Shown here: positions 47,951 through 59,900 of the stretch, in pieces
Layout: every line of letters starts with the position of its first letter
Numbering within the stretch: the stretch's first letter is position 1
Source of the DNA: Pocillopora verrucosa
Lineage: Eukaryota
Reading direction: 5' to 3'
NCBI RefSeq assembly: GCF_036669915.1
Contig: NC_089320.1
Location: forward strand, 15,979,874-16,043,873
Length of the DNA stretch: 64,000 nucleotides
Made by a program: the position numbers and the translations under genes
Notes under the pieces: generated by a model
Seen by the model: only the letters and a program-made list of their open reading frames with translations
Database searches by the model: none
What the model was told of the DNA's origin: nothing

Positions 47951-50900
47951 CTGTGAAAAAGGAAAAACAAATTTAGCATACGATTACTGGAGAACGATTA
48001 AAACAGTCATCAAACAGTTGAAGGCCATTCCCTCATTGTGTAGAACGTATCTTACGGTTAATCTGTTTACAACCTTAGAACCTTATAAACGACTATCCCA
48101 GAAAAAAAGGGCTCTGTCAGGGAAAACCTTCAGACAAACTAGACCCGAGAAATGCCCCTTTTATCAATTCTGACGGTCATCATGTACAAAAGAGTGCAAA
48201 TTACGTGGACATGTGGGCGCAGGCAACACCCGCGCGCTAACTAGGACGTCGGTGAATACGATTCCCATTTGCAAAATGGAGCGGTTTTCGATGAAGTGTC
48301 ATAAAGCCAAACTCAAAGGTATCACAACAACCGATGAGATGAAAGGGAAATACCCTTGGGAAATAACGAGAAATCAAAGTCAATCAAGCAAGCTGTCAAA
48401 AGCGCGGGACAACACGGGTGTCCAATTCGTGATTGGTTTAAGTTTTGCATCTGTTTGGTTGAGAGAGTGACACGAGTTTTTTTAGACCAATGACAGAGCG
48501 AAAAAAACCAAACCCGATGCAATATTCCGGTCTACTTTCGATACTCAATTGCAAAAAATTTCTCTTAAAGCGCAGCGTTAACACGTAAGTTACTACTAAC
48601 CCCAGGTGACTTGTCCTTGTCTTTGTGTTTCTTGTGTTTTGAACGCTTATGTTTGTGTTTCGAGCTCCCATGTTTCTTGTGTTTCTTATGTTTCTTTTTC
48701 TTTTCACCTTTTGCTTCCTTTTCCTCTGGTTTCTCTTGTTCCTCAGCAGAGCTTTCCTGTTAAAGGTTACACAAACCAAGATTAACCCTTTAACTCCCAG
48801 AAGTGATTAACATGAAACTTCTCCAATAATATCCATATATTATCCGATACAAAATTCTCCAAACTTACATTATGAGAATCATCTTGAAGACAGTAAAGAG
48901 AATTAGTACTAAGATCTTGGGAGTTTAAAGGTTAAGATCGCCACATAACTGACACCGAATACTATGAGAGTATTTATAATACCTTAGCAGGAGCAGGAGG
49001 GGACTTGCTAGGAGACTTTCTCGGCGGCTCTTCTTCCGGCACTGAGGGGCTTTTTCGGGCCTTTCTTGCTGAGGGCTCGGGGGATTTTTCCTCACTAGAG
49101 GTCCTCTTGGCTGCCGCTTTCCGTTTGACCCGTTCACGTGATGGGGATGCCGAAGGATTCCTCTTGGTCGCGTGCGATTGCTGACGAGTTTCGGGTGAGG
49201 CAGGCGAGGATTGCTTGGCAGCGCGAGATCTAGGTTTGACTTCCCGTTCAGGAGAAGATGACGGCGATCTCCTTGAGGCGCGTGACTTTGAAGCCTTCGC
49301 GGGTGAGGGCTGGGGCGAGGCTGAAGCAGAACGCTTTGTACGAGATTTGGTTTTGGGGCCAGGCGAAGCAGAGGCACCTTGTGCTGATCTCCGACTTTTG
49401 GGCCTTAAAACAAATTAAATGTTGACTATCCTAAGGAAACCAGTTTTTTCATTTTCCACTAAGTTTCAATACAAAAAAAAATCACTGTTAATTAAGAAAT
49501 AAGTAATTATGTAAAATGCAATGCACACACAATATACTTTCTGAACCATAAACAATGAAGTAAGAAAAGAGAAGATTTGATATCGGTAGGAGTTTTGTCA
49601 ACCATTTATTACCGCGCTCAAAATAACAGCCTAAACATCTTACCTCTTGGGTGACATGGACGGCGACTTTCTTTCCCCTCGTTTCCTATCACGAGAATCT
49701 TCTCGAGGAGAAGCCGAACGTTTCCGATCCCGAGCATCCTCGCGAGGCGAGTTCGACCTTGATCGTTTTCTTCCCTCTCCTTTTCCTCGAATTGCGTCCC
49801 TTGGAGGAGACTTGACGGGAGACTCTCGAGTCTCACGCGTCTTTTTCTTAGCCGATGACGGCTCAGGGGAAGCAGACGAAGAAGATGATCGTTTATCTTG
49901 ACGAGCTTTTAACTTCTTCGCTGAATCAGGTTCGGCCTGTGGCTTCTGTGGTGACACTGGCGAGCCTGAAGAAGACCGAGACCTCTCCGAGCGCTTTCGT
50001 CTCCGACCAGCTACTTTCTCTGGTTCTGGAGAGCGGCGACGCTCTTTTTGATCTTGTTCGTCGGCACGACGACGACCCGATGGTTGTGGCGATTCTGACC
50101 GACGAGTTACAGGAGGTGACGAACTTGACCGAAGGCGTCTTCGCAGTGGCGGGGACGGTATTCTTTCCTTTCTACGCTCTCTACTTCGTGGCGGCGATGG
50201 CTCAGGTCGTCGTCGCCTTTCCCTGGGAGATGGTGATTGCGAATGTTCTGCTTTTCTCCTCCTTCGAGGAGAAGAAGAACGTCTCTCTTGGCGCCGTCTT
50301 CGGGGAGAAGGCGAACGGGAAAACTCTCTTCTTTTTCGTCTGGGTGGGGAAGGCGAGCGTGAATCGTCTCTCCTTCTTCGTCTGGAGGAAAGTGACTCAT
50401 CTCGGGGCTTTCTTCGCCGATCCCTTGGTGACTCACTTCGTTCTCGTTCCTTTCTCCGATCTTTAGAGGAGTCAGCTTTCTTCTTCCTCTCTGGCGACCA
50501 CTCCCCTTCAGACGAGGATGGTGACGGCGAGTGTTTGCGGTAGCGGCGGCTTGTCGTTTTCTTGGATTTTGGTAAAGGCGGCGACTTCTCTTTCTCTTCC
50601 GTGACTTCTTTCTCTTGTTTGATCTGAGGGGGTGGTGGCGAGGCAGAGGATGACGAGGACGGGGAAGGCTGTTTGACCGGTGAATGAGGCTGTTCCTGCT
50701 TTTTGTAGGATGATCGATGATGCGTCGGTGGAGGGCTGGGAGTACCCTTTGATTTCGCTTTTTCCGGACTGGCCGACTTTTCCTTTGATTTAACTTTATT
50801 GTCTTCTTGCTGTTCTTCTTTTTCCTTCTCAACCTCCTTTTCCTTTTCTTTACCCTTTTCCATTTTCTCTGTTCGTGTTGTGTCGGCTCGAGGTGATTTT

Positions 50901-53900
50901 GAGCGTGAGCGTGACGATCGTGAGCTGAAACTTGCAGAACGTGACCGTGATGACGCTGACGCTGAGCGTGATCGGCGGCGAGGAGATGGAGATCGACGTG
51001 GCTTCCTGCGCGGTGAACGAGAGCGAGACCTAGAAACAATAATGCTTAGTTCGTTACACAATGATCCCCTTGGATATTTCAGAATTTGAGTTAGTTCAGA
51101 CCCTTCCGCGTGCAATGGGACTTCTTAAAAAACAAAACAAAACAGCGACAACAAAAGACAGCTGTTAGAGTAGACTCAGTGCAAGAGTCTACCTCGTGAA
51201 CCATATTCAAGCTCTCTTTATTCGCGTTCCATCCGAAGCTGAAATGATATCATCCAAGAGGCTCGAGTTCTTTTCTAATACATAATCGTTATCTTTGAGG
51301 AAATAAAGTTAATTCCACAGTACGAAGCGCTTATCTGTCGAATGACTTTAATACAACGAAAACTGGAATAAAATACCAAAACCAAACCGGGAAAAGATAA
51401 ATACAAAGGAACCAATTGATTCAAAGTTAAATCTCAACGGCCTCAAGTGTTCGAGATGCAGTAAGTATTATTTGCGCAGTCGATTAGAAGAGAGACTTGC
51501 ACGAATTCTCTTAACCAATCAAAGAGAGCGGTAAAGAAACTGCTCTAAATGTGATCAAAATCGAACTTAACTATCATGTACCTTCTACGTGGTGGTGATC
51601 TTCCCCTTCTAGGTGGCGACCACCTCCTTGGGGAAGGCGTTCTACGGCGTCTGCGAGGTGACCATCGACCTCTGTTGTACGAAGAAACACGACGGGGCGA
51701 GCGAGAACGAGACCTTCTCCGCCTTTCCCGACTGCGTGATCGTGATCTTGAGTACGACCGGGAACGTGACCGAGAAGCTGAGGACTTGGACCGACTACGC
51801 TTACGTCCTTTCTTGTCTCTTGACCGTGTTCTGTCTCTTCTGTCTCTTGAGCGAGAACGTGAACGTGATCGAGAGCGTGATCCTGAACGTGACCGCGAAC
51901 GTGAACTAGAGTTTCCTCTTCTGAAAATTTCATAAACGATAGACATCAAAGGTTGAACCCTGAATATTTGAATTTCTAAATCTGTAAACCTTGTTCACCT
52001 TATCGTCGCCTATATCATCGCTTCTCATTCCTTTTCTTTTTTTCAGACACTTTTAACATTTACTTGAGTTATATCTTAACAAAGTATCCTTCCTGAGTTT
52101 CTTTTCCTGTTTATCTGTCTTCTTCATTGAGATGTAAATTTGCCGTGGAATATGATGCGTCGGTGGGAGAGTATAACAGGGTAATTTTGTATTAACAACT
52201 GAGTTGATAACGTAAATTGGCCACTGTAAGGACGCTCTGACGAAGAGTTAACGCTCGAAACGTTGGCTTAGCCCTCTTTACGGTGGCCAATTTACGTTAT
52301 TACCTCAGCTGATAATACTAAATTGCCCAATAATGAAAAACATAATTAATAAAACTTGTTAGTAAGTTATACAACTTACTTCATATCTTTGTTTTCAGCA
52401 GCCTCTGCAGAAGCAAAACAAACAAGATAATGACAAGTTTTAAGAAATAGTAAAGGAAACAAATCAAGCCAACATATCCTTTTGGGGACATTTGTGTTAT
52501 GAAGAAACAGTTTTTTATTAATTTTTGCTGAAATCATTATTATCATAATAATCAATATTAGTAATCTCATAATAACTACATCATCATCATTTGGAAGTCA
52601 GTGACTCCGGCGTCCAAGAATTTGCGTATTTGCGCACATGTTACTCAAAGGGGCTTGTCTGAAGGGACAGAAACAAAGATGAAAAAAAAAGAGTTTTGTG
52701 GTCTTTCATCTTCTGTGACGAGGAGTATTCAAGCAGACAAAACCTTATTAGGCCTGCTTCACCTGCAGAGAGGCAATTTCTTTATCTACGACTGTTCAGA
52801 GCAAAAATTTCAATTTGCACTACGACTAGAAATGGTACTCAAAATTGCTGAACTTTAACGCTACTAAAAGTTTAGAATGTAGTTTAAGAAACACTGTTAT
52901 AATGTCATAACTTGCACCTACCTTTCTTGGCCTTTTCAGCTCTTTCAATTTCATTTTGCTGTGGAGAGTAACAGAGAGAGAAAAGAAAATTCACTTTGGG
53001 CCTGATATATTTTCTTTTCCTGGAGAGTTTTGATGGTTTTAATGGTTGATGCATAATGGGAAAAACCATAGATTACTTAATATAGAGAACAGAAACAGTT
53101 TTAATTTTGCTCAGTGGACACAGCAGCCAGATGCCACTTCTTTTCTAGATTGTAACTACCTGTTAAACTGCTTTTCCATGAGCACTGGCCCATTACATTT
53201 CACTGTCAATTGAAAAGTTTAAAAAAAAACATTTTTCATATCTAAATGCATCGTGTTGATACAATAGAGAGACAAAACAAAAATAATGCTACCTCAAATA
53301 AAAAAATCAAAACCTCTCTGACATGTACATGAAAAAAATGCCGAATTAAATACACAACCAGTACATATTTTCTCATTTAAGTAAAATTAAGATGAAGGAA
53401 AAAGATAAAAATATTTAGAAACAACTAGCAACACAAGCACATATTTAGCTAAATACTTTTCTGACATCCTCTATCCTTTTACCTTGCTCTTCCCTTCCCA
53501 ATCTACCCCTCCCCAAACTCTTTTTTTGTTACAGTGCAAAGGTAAACGTGGGTGGAAAGAACAAGAGATCGAATGCAGAGGTTAAGAGAAGTATTTCTTC
53601 ACATTTACAGTAAAAACACAACTTATTTTCTTTTATAAACAGGCTTTAGGTTCAAGCTAACTGGTGTTTGTATAAATATTCTATGGTTTTAACAACCCCA
53701 AATCAGACTCATCTTTGACACAGAAATGATGGTGAACATCTAAGGCAAAGTAACTTAGCATGGAGAGTGAACACACCACCAGTTTTGTGATGGGGTAAAT
53801 TTTCTTAGGCAAGCTGATTTTCACAATCATTTGTTGCTGCATGACTAAATCACAATCCCAACCATACTTAGTCATGCAATTTATTGCTTGATTCGACATC

Positions 53901-56900
53901 TCTGAAACGATATGAAAATCTCCTGCAAAAAGGGGTCCACCTTTACATGCAAGTACAAGTAACAATAGAAGTGAGACATGGCATTTGTAGACCTTTAGCA
54001 CATGTGAATTAATTTTACAGTGTAGAATCGGGATAACAGTACTTTAACATGTATATCACTCTTTGAGTGAATTTTACAGAAAGCATGGGTCTTCCTTGAA
54101 GAATCAGTTATAATGATAACAACATGTTAGTACATGATAATCTAAACAATAATGATGAGAGGAAGAAAAGGTGTTATGTAAGGTTGGAAAAAAGAGTGTT
54201 AATGCAAGTATTATCACATCAGAGGGACTATTGCAAAAGATTTTTGACTTTGTGGCATGGCTAGATGACTGTGTTGTTTTCTTAGACAAGCAACTAAGCC
54301 TCAGTGCCTCTCTTCACTTGAGACTGTGAAGGATGTCAAAAAACTGTTGGGGAAAACTTGATGTACTGCTTGAGTTGTATGGAATGGATTAGGACCATAT
54401 CCAAGGGGAGTGGCAATACAAATGAAGATATATACCTTAATGAGCTTTTTGTTAGGAACAGAACTGTCTCCTTCTGTATCATCAGATTTAAGAAGCTCTT
54501 TCACCAAACGTGTGATTGATTTGGCAAGCTTCTCGTCTCCTTCCTCTACAAGATGTAAGTGATCTTTAAAGTAGAGATTTTTGTCAAGTTCACCTCCTCT
54601 GACAGTCCAGCCCTTCTCTGGTGGTAAGAAATACACATTCTCATTCTGCAGCTCTTCTGAATAGCTTATATACTGAAACAGTTCCTCATTGACATCATCA
54701 ACCTTGTTGCGCCTTGAGCTGGGGTATAAATCCCTGGGAAGGATTCCACACACAATGATGTTCACATTGGGCTTTTTGTTCCGAATGAAGTCAACAATGG
54801 CCAATATACCTTGGGCAATTTCACTTGAACTGTTTTTGTCTATGTTGTTGGTGCCACAAAGTACAACAATTATTTTAGGGTCACACTCAAGTTCCCCATT
54901 CTGGAGTCGCCAAAGAACATGCTGAGTTTTGTCACCACCAATACCAAAGTTCAGTGCTTTCAGCGGGGCAAAGTACTTTCTCCAGATTTTTGGATAACGA
55001 CTCAATCCTTTGATGATAGAGTCCCCGGTCAAGACAACATTGATGTCAGGGGTTGCTGCGAGGGCAACATTCTGCTGATGCTCTTTATCCCATCCAGGTT
55101 TATCTCTGTCAACTGGCTGGGCAGCTGAGGACATGAGCCGAGACCTCCATTTTGGTTGGAGGAGTTTACTGGGTGACTTCACCTCTGCATCTTTTTCCTT
55201 TTTCACTTCCACAACTGATGTAAGGTCAGACGTATCTACTCTTGTGTCTGACCCACTCTTTTTCCTGGAGGCCCTCTCATCATCACTCTCACCACTGTCA
55301 GAATGAGCAGAGTCTTGCCTGGACTTCTTGTACTCTCTTTTTGGGTTGTTCTGTGTTGAAATAAATAACATAATTTGTAACTCTAACACAAAAAATCTCA
55401 ATTTCAAAGTTAGCTTACCTTAGTAAAGTTTGTAAAATAAAAAGTAAATAGAAAATGAAATAGCAACATAGAAATTCAAATAACCAAAACTTATCCATGA
55501 CAACTTATATTATAATATTCTTACCTGAAGATACTTAAATAGAGTATTTCTAGTCTGCTGTGAATAAAAGAAGCCATGCTCAACTTCAACCACAAAGCCA
55601 GCACATTGCAGTTACAATTTCATCTCGCAGGACATGTTCATGAGACAAATTGCCTGATACATTGCTAAGTTGTCTTTATATTGAATAGGTCACTTTAAGC
55701 TACAATGTATTGGGAGTATTTGGAGCCTAATAACTAGTCTGAATGTGAATGCTGACAGGTATAAGTACTTTTTTCATTCATCCCAATGGAGAAGTTTGTC
55801 ACAAACGAATGCTGAATTAGGTGTATTACTGAGTATAGCCTAGCTTACAATCATGATCTCTGTAGCTCACTTAGAACATCTAACAATGATATAAAAACTG
55901 GCTGAAATTCTTTTACATCTTGAGGAACTACTAATTTTTTTCCCAGTGCTTGTTCAGAATATAAACATCCTCCTTTAATGCACCTTGAACTACATACAAA
56001 TGGACTGGGTTACATCTCAAACTATAGAACACATACACACCAAAGTAATAGTGCATATGTAGCTCTTTACATCAGGGCAAAAATCAAATATTACTGAAGT
56101 AGATGCAGAAGCAGCTCACTTATGTTTCTACCTTAAGAGGCATTAGCCAGCCACCAATGTCCAGCAAGAGTAACATACACTACACTTGGAGAGAAATGCT
56201 ATTCTAAGAAACATTTCTTTTCATTCAGAGGATGTGTTAAACCTCTCCAGAAGACCTCTTTCCATGAATTTAATTGAGAATCTCTCTTTTGAAGTATCCC
56301 TGTTCAGGAGACAACTCTCTTGGTCCTGAGAGTGGTAGTGCTGTATCATTGTTGTATATTGAGCTTGTGTTGTCAACTTCCATTTCAAACTCTTACAATA
56401 TGTTCTGATTGCAACTTCACCTTCCTCTATCTCACAACCAGGCACTTCCAACATTGTAGATCCTTGAAGCATGCATTGCATATGGCCTTGTTCACCGACA
56501 AGTTCTTCCAAACTTAGTTGAAGTAATCATGTGTAAAATTGGCAGTGGCTGGGGTTAGAATCAACCAGTGGAAAACAGATTTTTATTTTTCCCATAATGG
56601 TGACAAATATGAAACATCTTTCTTGATTTTATTATTATGATCAGTTGTTCATTCCAGGGAAGATGTTGTTTACAATTAGAGAAATTCATTTCATGAAGCA
56701 CCTACTCAGAAATGCATTTTCCTGACATTTCTGACAAACACCAGTGTACAAAAAGTGTTACCTAACATGAGTGAATGCATAATTTTCTATAGCATACAAG
56801 TTATACCCATTTTTATCAATTTTGTTCCTTTTTATTCTTATTATTATTACTATTTTTAACAAAGCCTTTTCTATTCAAAGATGATGTGGTCTGTCACAAT

Positions 56901-59900
56901 ATTTGGAATTACTTTTGTGACCTACCACCCTTAACTTGTCAGAGACAATAATGCTAGTTAATTAAACTAAGAAAATGAAAAAAAAAAAAAAAAAGGCAAT
57001 TGTAAAAATTGATAGAAACAAGGACAGTTAAAGGTGGAGATGGTTAAAAAATGAACTTGAAAGATAATAGCTACATTTTCAAGAGGCTCAAATAGTAACA
57101 CAGTGACTAGACCAGAACATGTTAGTCGCACTGGTGCCAGCATCAGTTGCAATCTCAAGCCCTGCTTACAATCTCAATTTTTCTAACCACCTTGGTTCAT
57201 CAAGAACAGGGTATAGAATGTGTGAAACCTGTGAACACATGTAATATGATTACCTGACGTGTCAATCTACTGCATCTGAACAATGAGAGCCTCCACAAGA
57301 TTCTTCCAATTCTTGTTAACAGTTCTCTATCACTATGGTTAATCAATTGTAAAAAGAAATTAAGAAATGCTCACTTCTTTCCCTGCTAGTTGCTCTGCCA
57401 GTTCTTTAGCTTTCCGAAATTCCTCTGTAATGTCAGCAGATGCAGGTGCAGATCCATTTTCATTGCCTACATTATCATCTGTTGCTGTGCTGTCTGGCTC
57501 TGTTTGCTGCTGATCTCCTTGATATCTCTGAAGGTTAGCTTGGATACGCTCTTGTTCCAGCTATCAAGAGAAGAAGACAACAGCCATAATTATCAAAAAT
57601 GCAAATAAACATTTATTCATAACAACTTTATTTAAATAATAACATATAACATATTATTATTAAAAAAGGGTTATAGAAGGGAGGAACTTAATCCTCATTG
57701 TAAACTATATCCCAGATATAAAAATTTAATACTATGCAATATACATATACATACTGAAACATTTTACACACAAGCATATATCTATATCAATATAAGATCT
57801 AAATAAAGAAGACATATCTAAGATAAAAATTTTGTTTAAAATGATAATTAAATAATGTATAATACATAGAATAATTTAATTTTGTAATTACAGGCCTAGT
57901 TAAATAATGTTGATTTTAGTGCTTTCTTAAAAGCATTCATTGAGTCAAATTCAACTACTGATGATGGTAAACTGTTCCATGTGTCAATATATCTGTGCCA
58001 AAAATACTTAGAGATATCTGTAGAGCAAAATGGTTTATATAGTTTAAACTGATGACTTTTTCTTGATTGCCTGTTACTTAAGGATATCTAATCATTAGTG
58101 TTTACAGAAGAGTATTCTTTAATGAACTTAAAAAGCTGAAACAAACTAAGAAACTCTCTGTGCTGAACTAGTGTCGCTAGTTTCAAGGATTTCAGTTGGT
58201 CTTTATATGGAGAGAGAGAGAGCTCTAATTCACAGGAAAAGAACACTGAATCAAAGAGCTCAAAACAGTAATCAGGTTTTTATCAGGCTTGAATATGATT
58301 TATGGATTAAGGAGGTAAGTTTCTAAAGAGACTGTGATACTACATTGGTGGAGGGTGTTACAAGATAATTTGGGTTTTATCAACTGAGTTGATAATGTAA
58401 ATTGGCAATCTGCTGTTAAGAGTTTGTAAAGTTGACATTTTGAGCATTAGCCCTTTGTCAGGGCACTCTAACAAAGGGGTAATGCTCTGAAGCAAAGCAA
58501 ATATATTTGCCAACTACTAGGGACACACAATTGAATATTGCTCTCAGTGAAGATAGTCATGAGAGCAAAGTTAAAACAAAAATAACCCAGCCCAAGAGTA
58601 AAAATATCAATCTACAATTTGGATTCCAAATGCCCCAAGAATCATTCTTTATTGAGTATCCTAACAATTCCTCTTCCAACAGAGAATTCAAACCTTTCTT
58701 TGCTTGATTTCCTCTTTCTTTTTTTCCATAAATTCAGAAGGAATACCACCAATATTTTCTTGTGCACTTAAAAGAAGAGTCCATAACTCCTTCATAAATT
58801 CACGGGCATTTTTGGATTGCAAAAAGCCAGTAATATTTATTTGCATGAACTTTGGATCTGGACTCTGAAAAAACAAATACATAAAAAATAAATAGGTAAT
58901 ACTTTAAAATCCCAATGTTTTTCTCACAGCTGAAATCACAGTTTTGTAAATAAAGAAAGGCAGTTGTAATATATAATTGGAAAGGGAAGAAACAGTAACT
59001 GATTAGTGAGTAAAACAATAGCTTAATACCAGTATGAAAAAACCCTATCATTGTACCAAATACATGTTCAAAAATGCTGTATAATCCTGCACAGTTTACA
59101 TTTTTCCTGCAAGATTTCAATTTAATTTTCCCATACCCTGTCAAAAGACTGTAAAATGCAGTCACCTCTGGAAGGTTTCAACTACAATAATTCGACAAGG
59201 GAGACTTGGTATCCTGGTTAAGAGGTTGCTTCCTGGGTTCTCTACTTGTATTCTATGTTGTTCTTTACCTATTTCTATTAGAATGTCACTCTGTAAGGCC
59301 CCCTGAGTGAAACTCAAAGCTCAAAAGAAAGTGACTGTAAAATGAGTAATCATTATTTCACCTTTTCTGATTCTAGCATGTTAAAGACATACTGCATAAC
59401 CACATCATCTTCAGCTCCAAGTATATCAATCAACTTCTTTGTTATCCAAGGTTTTATTATATCAAGGTTGACCTTTTCCATGTCCACCTGACACACAAAA
59501 ATTCAGAAGAGAAAAGACATGTTAACGAAAGGGCAAGGCTCTCTATTATTTCTACCATGTTGTGACAGTTACTTGAAGGCTGTATAACACAATTCATGGA
59601 ATACATTTTCATTGATCTATCCATGATGGTTAAAAACTAGTTTACCAAAATTGGATTGCCATTCACCTACAGGATAGCACTATCTACCCTTAAAAAAACA
59701 AGGGCCTGAACTAGAATCTTAGCCCTTTCACCAATGAGAGTGAGAAGCTTAGATCTAATTTCTTGCAACAGCATCACACCTGAATCAGATATCAAGGTCA
59801 TGAGAGTAAAGGAAACAATAACAATGGTTGGTAAAGAAGCTCTTACTAAAGCAAATAATCCTTGTAAGTACCATGGGAAAAATATAGAGGATGGTAAGGA

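Noticed and set aside
49647-51935. Long alternative-frame and antisense ORFs over the SRRM1 RS exons (49647..49901+, 49855..50466+, 50107..51039-, 50799..51089+, 51574..51933-, 51576..51935+, 51613..51909+)
   Set aside because: Codon-repetitive AGA/CGT/TCT-type sequence lacks stops in most frames. Only the frame giving SR/RS/SP repeats joins the neighbouring exons in phase and matches SRRM1.
52540-52600. AATGATGATGATG (C-box-like) in an SRRM1 intron as a possible snoRNA
   Set aside because: There is no D box (CTGA) at the appropriate distance and no terminal stem. It is just an ATG/ATC trinucleotide run.
54689-55128. Plus-strand ORFs antisense to the SGNH hydrolase ORF
   Set aside because: They are short, lack ATG context, and lie opposite a strongly supported coding frame.
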